From Acholeplasmataceae bacterium (lineage in GTDB: Bacteria; Bacillota_I; Bacilli_A; Acholeplasmatales; Acholeplasmataceae): DNA of 64,000 nucleotides. The stretch is taken from assembly GCA_963675245.1 (NCBI GenBank), contig OY775910.1, positions 864,001-928,000 of the forward strand. The letters run 5' to 3'. The translations under genes were made by a program, and so were the position numbers. Of the stretch, positions 9,121 to 19,348 are shown one piece after another. Within the stretch, counting starts at the first letter, position 1. Each line of letters begins with the position of its first letter. The notes beneath the pieces were generated by a model that worked only from the letters and a program-made list of their open reading frames with translations, was not told where the DNA came from and ran no database searches.

Positions 9121-10072
9121 TTTATATGTCACAGATTTAAGTGTATTGTGTCATGCTGAAAAAATTAAATTTACTGAGGGTAAAGCTGAAGGTATGAACT
9201 TTATCCACATGTATAATGGATCCTTGAATCTAATGATTTCTGTTGATCGTGCATTAGATATATACAGTGCTGACTTCAGAGGAAAGAATGTTGTGTTTAA
9301 ATCGAAAAATGGCATTGTTAATCCAAAATTATCTTCTCAAGCAATTGGATTTATCAATGATTTTGGTGGAGGATTATTATATACTTGTGGCCTTGATAAT
9401 ATTGGTGGGCCTAGAGATGGTTATATACAACATGGAAGTTTAGCATATTTACCAGCAGAACACGTTAATATAACAAAAGGATTTGATGAACATAAAAAGT
9501 TTTTTGTTAGCGTTGAAGGTGAGATTAAATATACGTCATTATTTGGGCACCACTTAGTATTAAAAAGATCGATTAAATTATTTTTTAATCAATCAAGCAT
9601 TTTCATTGAAGATCAAATAGAAAACCTTAATCATGAAGATGATCAATATATGTTAATGTATCATTTCAATTTTGGATATCCATTTATCAATGAACACACA
9701 AAACTTTACTTTAGCAATATTAGTAAAACTGATGTATTTAATCAAAATAAAAAAAGAACATACAGTGATTTTCACAGATTAGAGAAACCTATTGTCAATT
9801 ATCCGGAAGAGGTATTTATTCATGAGTTTGATAATACATCTACAAAGATAGATATTATAAATCAAGAAGATAGCGTATCACTTCATTTTGATAATGAGAG
9901 ATTGAAATATATGACACAGTGGAAAAGTATGGCTTCTGGTGATTATGCTTTAGGTATTGAACCAGCAACAACTAAATTATCAGAAAGAGCATATACGCCA
10001 ATTAAAGCGTTTGATAACCATGTATATAAGTTAGAATTAACATTTAAAAATAAGGAGAATACACATGAATAA
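9110..10072 (+). CDS. Aldose 1-epimerase superfamily protein (DUF4432/YphB-like)
   Basis: DRALDI, GGLLYTCGL, HG, YHFNFGYP and YALGIEP. Confidence 0.75.
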   Translation: MSHNLYVTDLSVLCHAEKIKFTEGKAEGMNFIHMYNGSLNLMISVDRALDIYSADFRGKNVVFKSKNGIVNPKLSSQAIGFINDFGGGLLYTCGLDNIGGPRDGYIQHGSLAYLPAEHVNITKGFDEHKKFFVSVEGEIKYTSLFGHHLVLKRSIKLFFNQSSIFIEDQIENLNHEDDQYMLMYHFNFGYPFINEHTKLYFSNISKTDVFNQNKKRTYSDFHRLEKPIVNYPEEVFIHEFDNTSTKIDIINQEDSVSLHFDNERLKYMTQWKSMASGDYALGIEPATTKLSERAYTPIKAFDNHVYKLELTFKNKENTHE

Positions 10073-11462
10073 ACTTTACTTTATTGTAGGAACACAAGGA
10101 TTATATGGCGAAGACGTATTAAAACAAGTCTATAAAGATGGTGCTGAAATTGCTGCTTTCTTGAATAAATCATTAGGACAATTTGTTGAAGTAGCATATC
10201 AAGGTTATGTGAAAAGTAGTGAAGAAGTTGAGGCGGCTTGTGTGAAAGCCAGTGTCGATTCATCATGTAGTGGAGTTATTACATGGATGCATACGTTCTC
10301 ACCTGCTAAGACGTGGATAAAAGGACTTCAAAAACTACAAAAGCCACTTTGTCATTTACATACACAATTCAATGAACGTTTACCATATGATTCTATCGAT
10401 ATGGATTTCATGAACCTCAATCAAGCGGCACATGGAGGAAGAGAATTTGAATTTATCCTAACACGTTTAAATATACCTAGACACGTTGTTGTTGGATATT
10501 ATAAAAAACAACCAGTCATTAATGAATTGAAACGATTTGCAAGAGTCGCTAATGGTATTCATTTCTCAAGACAATTAAAAGTTGCTATGTTTGGTAATAA
10601 TATGAGAGAAGTTGCAGTTACTGATGGTGATCGTGTCGAGAGTCAAATTAAATTTGGTTGGGAAGTAAACTATTTTGCAGTTGGTGATTTAGTTACGATC
10701 ATTAATCAATTAAGAGATGACGAAATTGAAAAAAGATATCAAGAAGTCATCACTGCGTATACGATAAAAACAAATGATGTTCATGCAGTGAAAGAACAAG
10801 TGAAGTATGAACTAGCATTTGAGAAATTCTTAGAAATTAATAATATTGGTGCCATTACCGATACATTCCAAGATTTATATGGCATGGATCAATTACCAGG
10901 AATGGCTGCTCAACGAATTATGGATAAAGGTTATGGCTTTGCACCTGAAGGGGATTATAAAACAAGTGCATTGTCAGCAGTAATGCAAAAAATGGCAGAA
11001 AACATGAATGGTGCAACAGGATTTTTAGAAGATTATACATATGATTTAATTGAGGGTGATGAGACAGTCTTAGCAGCTCACATGTTAGAGGTCCCACCAT
11101 CATTTGCAGCAACAAAACCTACGATTGAAGTTCATCCACTTGGAATTGGTGATAAAAACCCACCGGCTAGACTTGTGTTTGACGGTATTACAGGTCCTGG
11201 TGTTGCCGTATGTATGATTGATCTAGGTGATCGCTTTAGAATAGTAAGTGCAGAAATTGAGCTCATTAAACAAATAGCTGCAATGCCAAACTTACCTGTT
11301 GCTAGAGTGATGTGGAAAGTAAAACCAGACTTTGAAAAAGGTGTTAAAGGTTGGTTGAATGCAGGTGGTGGTCATCACGTTGTTGTATCAACTGCATTAG
11401 ACCGTAAGGATATTGAATTGTTTGCCAAATTGACACAAACAGAAATCGTAAGTATTTATTAG
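10065..11462 (+). CDS. araA: L-arabinose isomerase
   Basis: WMHTFSPAK, MNLNQAAHG, MREVAVTDGD, EGD, EDYTY, HMLEV and GGGHH metal/catalytic motifs. Confidence 0.92.
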   Translation: MNKLYFIVGTQGLYGEDVLKQVYKDGAEIAAFLNKSLGQFVEVAYQGYVKSSEEVEAACVKASVDSSCSGVITWMHTFSPAKTWIKGLQKLQKPLCHLHTQFNERLPYDSIDMDFMNLNQAAHGGREFEFILTRLNIPRHVVVGYYKKQPVINELKRFARVANGIHFSRQLKVAMFGNNMREVAVTDGDRVESQIKFGWEVNYFAVGDLVTIINQLRDDEIEKRYQEVITAYTIKTNDVHAVKEQVKYELAFEKFLEINNIGAITDTFQDLYGMDQLPGMAAQRIMDKGYGFAPEGDYKTSALSAVMQKMAENMNGATGFLEDYTYDLIEGDETVLAAHMLEVPPSFAATKPTIEVHPLGIGDKNPPARLVFDGITGPGVAVCMIDLGDRFRIVSAEIELIKQIAAMPNLPVARVMWKVKPDFEKGVKGWLNAGGGHHVVVSTALDRKDIELFAKLTQTEIVSIY

Positions 11463-11475
11463 AAGGGAAAACAAC

Positions 11476-12330
11476 ATGTTAGTAAACTTAAAAGACATAT
11501 TAAAGTATGCTGAAGATAATAAATGTGCAATTGCTGCTTTGAATGCTCCTACACTTGAAATGGCAATTGCTACCATTGAAGCAGCAGAAGAGTTAAATAA
11601 ACCAGTGATCATCATGCATGCTCAAATCCATGAAGATTTAGGCTACATTAAAATTGAACAAATTGCACCTATTCTCGTTGCATTTGCTAAGAATAGTTCT
11701 GTACCAGTATGTGTGCATCTTGATCATGGTGAAGATAAGGATTACGTATTTAAAGCAATTGAACTAGGTTTTTCATCTGTGATGTTTGATGCATCATTAA
11801 AACCATTTGAAGAAAACATCTTAGAAACAAAACAAGTTGTTGAATTTGCACATGCAAAAAATGTATCTGTGGAAGCAGAACTTGGTAGTATGCCAAATAA
11901 TCGTGGTGAATCAGATGATGAGTATATTCCTGAAGCTGCTGATTACTATACTAACCCAGATGAAGCGATTGAATTTATTGACAAAACAGGCATAGATGCA
12001 TTAGCTGTTTCATATGGATCAGTACATGGTGTATATAAAAGTGAACCCAATTTAGATATCAATGTGGTTAAAGAAATTAAAAAGAGAACTGATGTTCCAC
12101 TTGTATTACATGGTGCATCTGGCTTGTCAGTAAAAGATTTTAATGAATCAATTGATGCAGGTATCAGAAAAATTAATTACTTCACTTCAATGTCGTTTGA
12201 AGGTAGCAGGGCGATAAGAAATAAGTTGGCTTCATCGGATGAAGATGTTCATTTTCAAAAGTTAGCTATAATTGCAACTGTGGCGATGAAAGAAGATGCC
12301 AAGAGAGTAATTGGTATTTTCACAAAATAA
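11476..12330 (+). CDS. Class II fructose/tagatose-bisphosphate aldolase family protein (possibly a ketose-1-phosphate aldolase)
   Basis: HLDHG, SVMFDAS, EAELG, GSVHG, LHGASG and KIN motifs. Confidence 0.88.
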   Translation: MLVNLKDILKYAEDNKCAIAALNAPTLEMAIATIEAAEELNKPVIIMHAQIHEDLGYIKIEQIAPILVAFAKNSSVPVCVHLDHGEDKDYVFKAIELGFSSVMFDASLKPFEENILETKQVVEFAHAKNVSVEAELGSMPNNRGESDDEYIPEAADYYTNPDEAIEFIDKTGIDALAVSYGSVHGVYKSEPNLDINVVKEIKKRTDVPLVLHGASGLSVKDFNESIDAGIRKINYFTSMSFEGSRAIRNKLASSDEDVHFQKLAIIATVAMKEDAKRVIGIFTK

Positions 12331-12343
12331 ACAAATATATTAT

Positions 12344-12377
12344 AACGTTCTGGTTTAATTATTAAATCAGACGTTTT
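12344..12377 (+). terminator. Probable intrinsic terminator
   Basis: AACGT(T)CTGGTTTAAT/ATTAAATCAGACGTT hairpin followed by a short T-run. Confidence 0.5.
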
Positions 12378-12458
12378 AATATACTGACGTACTTTATTAT
12401 GATACACGTATAGTGTAAAATAGACATAAGAGAAAAGGATTTATAAGCGTGATATATT

Positions 12459-14723
12459 ATGAACTTTGTCTTTTCATCGTTATATAGAAAAACTAAAAAT
12501 ATTAATGTGGCATTTCAAAATGAAGCGCCACTACAAAAAGGTATATATAAAATTAAGTTAGCTGCGAGAAATACATATCGTGTCTTTTTGAATGACGTCT
12601 TAATTCACTATGGCCCATCAAGGAGTGCACACGGTTACTTACAAGAAGATCAATTGCTGATTCATGCAGATCGAATTAAAAATTATATCACCATAGAGGT
12701 TGTTGGACACAATATAAACAGCTACTATTTTGTTGATGAAGAACCCTTGTTTGGTATTGAGATTTATCTGAATGAACAATTATTACTGCATACGAATAAT
12801 TTTCAATGTTATTTGTTGAACGATCGAACAACCAAAATTCAACGTTATTCTTTTCAAAGAGATTTTGCTGAAAGTTATGTTCAAAAAGTAGACAGGTCGA
12901 TCTTTTATTTAGGGAATCATAATATGTTTCCTAGGTTAGATGTTATGTCATGTGAAGCGCCAAAAGTAATCGCTAGACAAACACCCTATCCCGATTTGAC
13001 ACATATTGAAACGTTAAGCAGTGTAGAGTCTGGGCAATTTATATTAGATACAACGTTACCGATATGGACCGATCGAGCGATTGAAAACATTAGTGAGACA
13101 TTTAAAGGATATGAAAAACAGGAGTTTGATATACGTCTAAGTGATGATATCAGTCGTATCGTTTATCAATCTTCAGAAGGATATTTGTGTAAGTCACTAA
13201 GTAATTATCAATATCAAATATATGATGCAACGCGCACATTGACAGGATTTATTAAATTATCGTTAACTGTCTTAGAACATACGATATTTTATGTGACGTT
13301 TGATGAAGTGGATTATAAAGAAAGTTCACGTAAACATACAGATGGTATTCATATTGATTTTTCTAGGAATAGCTGTTCGAATATTTTGAGATATGAACTC
13401 GCTGCTGGACAGTACGAGATAATTTCATTTGAGCCATATAGTCTTAGATATTTAAATATGATTGTATTTGACGGAAAGCTAGATGTATCGTCTGTACAAT
13501 TTGTTCGCTATGAGAATCAAGAAATATATAAATTATCTGTTCAAACAGCAGATGAAGATATCAATAACATAGTGAAAGCATCCCAACATACGCTTGCACA
13601 AAATGCAGTTGATGTTTTGACTGATTGTCCATCTAGAGAAAGGGCTGGTTGGTTATGTGATGCTTGGTTTTCTGCACGCGCCGAACAACTCATGACCGGT
13701 CATAACACCATTGAACAAAATTTCTTATGGAATTATGCCGTTTCACCACAAAGTGAGTATTTACCAAAAGGTATGATTCCCATGAATTATCCTGCAGATC
13801 ATACAGATGGTATTTTTATTCCTAACTGGTCATTATGGTATGGTATTGAATTATATGATTATTTTTTAAGAACAAGTGATGAAAAGCTTGTGAAGGAATC
13901 TAGATCAAAAATAGAGGGGTTAATTCAGTATTTTAAAGCTTTTGAAAATAGTATTGGGCTATTAGAGGATTTGGAAAGTTGGGTATTTATTGAATGGAGT
14001 AAAGCAAACGAATTTATCTCAGGTGTGAACATACCATCAAATATGATATACGCTCACTTCTTTGAATGTGTTGGTAAACTTTATCACGAATCATCTTATT
14101 TAGATAAGGCACTGCAAATCAAGCATACTATTCGCCAAGTCAGTTTCAATGGTACGTTTTTTGAGGATCAATTAATCAGAGATGAACATCAAGCACTTAA
14201 ACAAACGCATCATATTAGTGAAACATGTCAATATTATGCATTTTTCACTGGAGTTGCTACAAATAAAACACATAAACATTTATTTAACATGTTAATTAAT
14301 GAGTTTGGTTATCATCGTGATGAGAAGAACGTACATCCCAATGTTTACAAATCAAATGCATTTATAGGAAATTATCTAAGATTAGAAATGTTGAGACGTC
14401 ATTACAAAACAGAACAATTATTAAAAGAATGTAAAGATTATTTTTTATATATGGCAAATAGAACAGGGACATTATGGGAGCATAGTTATGTTTACGGCAG
14501 TCTTAATCACGGTTTTGCATCTTATGCTGCCAATTTAATTGTTTCATCACTAACAGGATTGAGTGGCTATAATGCGAAACAGAGAACCATTAAATATCAA
14601 AATCCAACCATAAAGTTGGATTTTGATATAATCATACCTTTCGGAGAAGGGATACGTGTTCATCAAAAAGATGGCAATATCACATATCGTATACCAGAAG
14701 ATATAGAAGTGGTTAAAGACTAA
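12459..14723 (+). CDS. GH78-like alpha-L-rhamnosidase family six-hairpin glycosidase (cytoplasmic)
   Basis: TDCPSRERAGWLCD and GTLWE...SLNHG catalytic motifs; no signal peptide. Confidence 0.78.
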   Translation: MNFVFSSLYRKTKNINVAFQNEAPLQKGIYKIKLAARNTYRVFLNDVLIHYGPSRSAHGYLQEDQLLIHADRIKNYITIEVVGHNINSYYFVDEEPLFGIEIYLNEQLLLHTNNFQCYLLNDRTTKIQRYSFQRDFAESYVQKVDRSIFYLGNHNMFPRLDVMSCEAPKVIARQTPYPDLTHIETLSSVESGQFILDTTLPIWTDRAIENISETFKGYEKQEFDIRLSDDISRIVYQSSEGYLCKSLSNYQYQIYDATRTLTGFIKLSLTVLEHTIFYVTFDEVDYKESSRKHTDGIHIDFSRNSCSNILRYELAAGQYEIISFEPYSLRYLNMIVFDGKLDVSSVQFVRYENQEIYKLSVQTADEDINNIVKASQHTLAQNAVDVLTDCPSRERAGWLCDAWFSARAEQLMTGHNTIEQNFLWNYAVSPQSEYLPKGMIPMNYPADHTDGIFIPNWSLWYGIELYDYFLRTSDEKLVKESRSKIEGLIQYFKAFENSIGLLEDLESWVFIEWSKANEFISGVNIPSNMIYAHFFECVGKLYHESSYLDKALQIKHTIRQVSFNGTFFEDQLIRDEHQALKQTHHISETCQYYAFFTGVATNKTHKHLFNMLINEFGYHRDEKNVHPNVYKSNAFIGNYLRLEMLRRHYKTEQLLKECKDYFLYMANRTGTLWEHSYVYGSLNHGFASYAANLIVSSLTGLSGYNAKQRTIKYQNPTIKLDFDIIIPFGEGIRVHQKDGNITYRIPEDIEVVKD

Positions 14724-15583
14724 CGATCCGATTGTTCCTTCATATATTGTTTTGGTGTGACCAATGTATATCGCTTAAATTCTTTCGAGAAATAAAAGGG
14801 ACTAGAATAACCAACAGTTTCAGCAATTTTGGTAATGCTGAACTGTTTTGTTTTTAACATAATAAAGGCTTTACGCATCCGCAAGGATATGATATATTTA
14901 GACATATTAACACCCATTACTTCTTTAAATTTTCGTGATAAATATGAAGAATTCATATAAAATATTTCACTGATTGAATTTAAAGACAAAGAGGGTTCAC
15001 CGATATGCTCATCGATGTAATCGATAATGGATTTCATGCGTGATTCAGCATCAGTATAAGGCTTAGAAGTATTGATGTCATGCTCATGAATTAGTAGACT
15101 GAATATATAAAGTAAATGAGATAACACATTCAAAGTAGAATGAATTTTTGAGTCTCTAGCATCTTCAAGCATATCTGAAAATGCTTTGATGTATTTTCTA
15201 GGGTTCTGTAACGTATATACTGGGTTATCAACAGTAATGTTTGCGTGATCACATAAGTGTTTAGCACCTAAACCATTAAATTCAACCCACATATATTGCC
15301 AAGGATCGTTTTTATCTGGATAATAAGAAATTTTCTCAGAAGGTATAATCATGAACATTTGATTTGCTTTAACAACGTATTTTTTTTCACCAACGTTAAA
15401 ATAGCCTCGGCCTTTGATAACGATATGCAATGTGTAGATTGATCGACTGACTGGACCTATCGTTTCTTTTGTCGGGCTACATTTTTCATAACCCACAATC
15501 ATTGGCACGATGTTAAGAGGAATTCTATCATCGAGATAGCGAAAAAATATATTGTTCGATTTAAAGGAGTATTCTTTGCTCAT
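14720..15583 (-). CDS. AraC family transcriptional regulator
   Basis: N-terminal cupin ligand domain; C-terminal double HTH (YLSRKFK...IAETVGYSSPFYFSKEFK). Confidence 0.92.
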   Translation of the reverse strand: MSKEYSFKSNNIFFRYLDDRIPLNIVPMIVGYEKCSPTKETIGPVSRSIYTLHIVIKGRGYFNVGEKKYVVKANQMFMIIPSEKISYYPDKNDPWQYMWVEFNGLGAKHLCDHANITVDNPVYTLQNPRKYIKAFSDMLEDARDSKIHSTLNVLSHLLYIFSLLIHEHDINTSKPYTDAESRMKSIIDYIDEHIGEPSLSLNSISEIFYMNSSYLSRKFKEVMGVNMSKYIISLRMRKAFIMLKTKQFSITKIAETVGYSSPFYFSKEFKRYTLVTPKQYMKEQSDR

Positions 15584-15728
15584 GCCATCATTTTAACCAC
15601 TAAAGTAAAAAAAGTAAATACAAAAACACTTAAATAATGTAAATAAATCACTATAAGGTAAAAAAAATACATTAATATGTAAACAAATTCTATGGTTCAT
15701 TCCATTTATATATGATAATCTATAGCCA

Positions 15729-15742
15729 TGATAACGGTTACA
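15729..15742. promoter_or_regulatory. cre-like (CcpA/LacI-family) operator TGATAACGGTTACA
   Basis: Full match to TGWNANCGNTNWCA, 20 nt upstream of the ABC permease start. Confidence 0.6.
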
Positions 15743-15761
15743 TTATCAATGGCGGAAAGTT

Positions 15762-16724
15762 ATGACTATGACAATAAATAAAAATGAAAAACGCGTCATC
15801 ACGAACAAGAAGAAACGTAAATTCACTAGAAAAGACTGGTCTTTACTCACTTTTTTGATACCTACAGTCATATATGTGTTTTTACTTCACTATCTACCAA
15901 TGGGTGGATTAATTATCGCTTTTAAAGATTATAACTCATATCAAGGTTTGTTCAATTCACCTTGGACAAGCATGGGTGGGTTTGGTCACTTTTATTATTT
16001 TATGACACTACCTAATTTTTGGCATATTATTTTAAATACGTTTGTAATTAGTATCTATTCGATTGGTGTTAATACGATATTTCCTATTGTATTGGCATTG
16101 TTAATCAATGAAATTAGACTTAAGTGGTTTAAAAAAACTGTACAAACAGTTTCTTACGCACCTTACTTTATTTCCGTTGTTGTCTTAGTTGGTATGCTAT
16201 TTTCATTTACGGACTTAGAAACAGGAATTATTAACTCGATTATCAGAGCTTTTGGCGGTGCACCTTCAAACTTAATGGAAAATGCAGTGTTATTTACGAC
16301 GATTTACGTTGTTAGTGGATTATGGCAAGGCTTAGGTTGGTGGTCAATTATTTACGTAGGAATTCTTTCTACGGTGGATCCTGAATTACATGAGGCAGCA
16401 GTTATGGATGGTGCTAGTCGTATGAAACGTATGTGGCACATTAATTTACCTGCCATATTACCTGTAGCTATTATTATGCTTATATTAAGTATCGGAAATA
16501 TGCTTACAGTTGGTTTTGAAAAAATTTATCTAATGCAAACTAATGGTAATATCACTGCATCAGAAGTCATATCAACTTATGTTTATCGAGTATCCTTAAG
16601 AGCGCTTATTCCACAATATAGTTATGCAACAGCGATAGGACTGTTCAATTCCATCATTAGTGTTGTGTTACTTGTGACGGCGAATAAGATTTCTGCAAAA
16701 GTCAATGAGACATCATTGTGGTAG
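15762..16724 (+). CDS. Carbohydrate ABC transporter permease (LplB-like)
   Basis: Multiple TM segments, EAA motif (HEAAVMDGAS) and GFEKIYLMQ. Confidence 0.92.
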   Translation: MTMTINKNEKRVITNKKKRKFTRKDWSLLTFLIPTVIYVFLLHYLPMGGLIIAFKDYNSYQGLFNSPWTSMGGFGHFYYFMTLPNFWHIILNTFVISIYSIGVNTIFPIVLALLINEIRLKWFKKTVQTVSYAPYFISVVVLVGMLFSFTDLETGIINSIIRAFGGAPSNLMENAVLFTTIYVVSGLWQGLGWWSIIYVGILSTVDPELHEAAVMDGASRMKRMWHINLPAILPVAIIMLILSIGNMLTVGFEKIYLMQTNGNITASEVISTYVYRVSLRALIPQYSYATAIGLFNSIISVVLLVTANKISAKVNETSLW

Positions 16725-16739
16725 GCGAGGTGAGATGAC

Positions 16740-17606
16740 ATGGTAGAAAACAAAGGTTCAGATCGCGTATTTAATTGGGGTATTGTTGTTTTAGCGTTTG
16801 TATATGCACTTGTAACAATATTGCCATTACTACATGTACTAGCAAGTTCGTTTTCAGATCCTAGTGCTGTAAATAGAGGGCAGGTTGGTATATTCCCGGT
16901 TGGTTTCACATTAGATAGTTATCAAAAGGTTCTACAGGAACAAACTATTATCAGAGGGTTTCTAAATACCATCATGTACACTGTGATTGGCACACTTATC
17001 CAATTGATATTACAATTTACAGCAGCATATGCGTTAACTAGAAATGACTTAAAGTTTAAGAAGTTTTGGAATTTATTCTTTATCATTCCAATGTTTGTTA
17101 GTGGTGGACTAATCCCAACATATTTAGTAGTTAAGAGTCTAGGAATGATAAATACGATATGGGCAATGATTATTCCTGGTGTTGTAAATCTATTCAATAT
17201 CATCATTATCAGAACATATATTAAAACGACCATTCCTTGGGAGATGCAAGAATCGGCAATGATTGATGGTGCATCAAACTGGCGAATCTTCTTACAAATA
17301 GTTTTACCACTATGTAAACCTATTATTGCAGTAATGACACTTTATGCCATCATTGGATTTTGGAATGCATATTTCAATTCCTTGATTTATATTACTGAGG
17401 ATTCATTATTCCCACTGCAAAGAGTGTTGCAAAGATTCTTGGTCGCGAACGATAGTGGCACCATTGGTGGTGGTACTTCGGAATTGATGGCACAGTCATT
17501 GAAATATTCAACTATTGTGATAGCAAGTGCACCAATGTTATTGTTATATCCATTCTTCCAAAGATTCTTTGAAAAGGGATTGATGGTTGGTAGTGTGAAA
17601 GGATAA
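16740..17606 (+). CDS. Carbohydrate ABC transporter permease (LplC-like)
   Basis: SGGLIPTY, ESAMIDGAS and C-terminal GSVKG. Confidence 0.92.
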   Translation: MVENKGSDRVFNWGIVVLAFVYALVTILPLLHVLASSFSDPSAVNRGQVGIFPVGFTLDSYQKVLQEQTIIRGFLNTIMYTVIGTLIQLILQFTAAYALTRNDLKFKKFWNLFFIIPMFVSGGLIPTYLVVKSLGMINTIWAMIIPGVVNLFNIIIIRTYIKTTIPWEMQESAMIDGASNWRIFLQIVLPLCKPIIAVMTLYAIIGFWNAYFNSLIYITEDSLFPLQRVLQRFLVANDSGTIGGGTSELMAQSLKYSTIVIASAPMLLLYPFFQRFFEKGLMVGSVKG

Positions 17607-17615
17607 GAGGAAATC

Positions 17616-19337
17616 ATGAGAAAAATATTTAACATAATAATTTGTTTACTAGTTGCATTAACAGTTGCAGCTTGTCAAAATGAATCTTATAATCCAGATA
17701 ACTTCCTACTTAATGGTACAGAAGACAATCCGTATCAAATCGTAGAAGAAGCAATAACGATTGAAATATTTGTTCCAAGAGGAAGCAAAAACCCACCTTT
17801 TTCAACAATGAAAATGTTTCAAAAATTATCTGAAATTACAAATTTACAGTTTGAGTTTACAGAAGTGGATGTATCTGCATATACTCAAGTAAGATCCGCT
17901 GCTTGGGAGGATAAAGATAATTTACCAGACCTATTTCTGTTTAATAACTCTGTGGCAGAACAGGTAACATATTCTCAATATAATGCGCTTGTATCCTTTA
18001 ATGACGATAATCTTTCATCGGGTGGCGTTAATGCAGGCAATTTAATTGATAATTATATGCCAATTTATAGTGATTTATTAGAAAATAATTTTCACATGGA
18101 AACAACAGATAGTGCTATAGAGACTGCTTTATTTGAAGATGGCATGATGTATTCGACATTATCAGTAAATAATGTTCCAAGAGATTTGACATATAAAATG
18201 TTTATCAATCAAAAATGGATTGAGAATCTTAGAGAAGACTATCCGGGACTGTACGGTGATTTACCTGATGCCGTTGAAATTGAAACAATTGAACAGTACT
18301 TAGAAGTATTACAAGCATTCAAAGATGGTGACCCTAACAGAAACGGAAGAACAGATGATGAAATTCCGGTAACTGCGAAAGAGATGCAATACTTAAAACA
18401 ATTCATTTTAGCTTCTTATGGATATGTTTATCCTGGCGTTGAGCTAAATGCTGCAGGTACTGAAGCAGTTTATGTGCCATCAACAGATGCATACAAACAG
18501 TACTTAAAAACAGTTGCACAAATGTATAACAATGGACAAGGAGTTTTAGATCCTCAAGTCTTTAGTATTAAAACAGATGCGCAAATGGCAATTAAAGGTA
18601 ATGCAGGACGCTTAGGTTCATTTTCAGCCGCTGCACCATATTTGATTGTAGGATACGAAGGTACTGCTGAAGGTAGTATTGAATCATTTAACGAAAGTGA
18701 TTATGTTGCTTTTGGTCCGCTTACAAGTGACTATTATCAAGGAGAACCATTGCAATGGGGATTTGCTAAATTTCAAGCAAATGGCGCAGTTATTCCAATG
18801 GGAACACCAAAAGTCAGAGAAGTAGCAAGACTATTAGATATTATGTATTCAGAATTAGGGCAACAACTTATTTCTTATGGTGAAGAGGGCGTAGATTTTA
18901 CATGGGATGATGAAGATAAGACATCATGGACATTCCAAGTACCAGAAAGTTTTGAAGGATCTCAAGAAGATTATCGTGCCACATTAACACCAAATGTTGA
19001 TACGGCATCCGCACTTTATTGGAACTATGACTTTGTAGGTAAAATGAATGATCCTATTATCACCAGATTAAATCAAATGAGTGAGCGATATGCACCATAT
19101 TTAAAAGAAACATTCCCAACTGCAGTCAAAATGACAATTGAAGAATATTCCACAATCGAATTAATTAATGCGAGTATAAGCGTATATTTACAAAGTTCAG
19201 ACTATGATTTTATTACTGGAGTAAGAAACATTGATGATTATTGGGAAACATATATTGAACAATTAGAAAATTATAACTATTTAGAATTACTAGAAACATA
19301 TAACAACGCATACCAGCGTTACTTAAATCAAGATTAG
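17616..19337 (+). CDS. Carbohydrate ABC transporter solute-binding lipoprotein
   Basis: Lipobox VAAC; LPDLF, INQKWIENL, DPNRNGRTDDEIP and YGEEGVDF motifs. Confidence 0.88.
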   Translation: MRKIFNIIICLLVALTVAACQNESYNPDNFLLNGTEDNPYQIVEEAITIEIFVPRGSKNPPFSTMKMFQKLSEITNLQFEFTEVDVSAYTQVRSAAWEDKDNLPDLFLFNNSVAEQVTYSQYNALVSFNDDNLSSGGVNAGNLIDNYMPIYSDLLENNFHMETTDSAIETALFEDGMMYSTLSVNNVPRDLTYKMFINQKWIENLREDYPGLYGDLPDAVEIETIEQYLEVLQAFKDGDPNRNGRTDDEIPVTAKEMQYLKQFILASYGYVYPGVELNAAGTEAVYVPSTDAYKQYLKTVAQMYNNGQGVLDPQVFSIKTDAQMAIKGNAGRLGSFSAAAPYLIVGYEGTAEGSIESFNESDYVAFGPLTSDYYQGEPLQWGFAKFQANGAVIPMGTPKVREVARLLDIMYSELGQQLISYGEEGVDFTWDDEDKTSWTFQVPESFEGSQEDYRATLTPNVDTASALYWNYDFVGKMNDPIITRLNQMSERYAPYLKETFPTAVKMTIEEYSTIELINASISVYLQSSDYDFITGVRNIDDYWETYIEQLENYNYLELLETYNNAYQRYLNQD

Positions 19338-19348
19338 AAGGTATTTCG

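Noticed and set aside
15762..19337. ABC transporter lacking an ATPase gene as an incomplete or pseudo system
   Set aside because: Carbohydrate ABC importers in Firmicutes commonly share an MsmX/MsmK-type ATPase encoded elsewhere.
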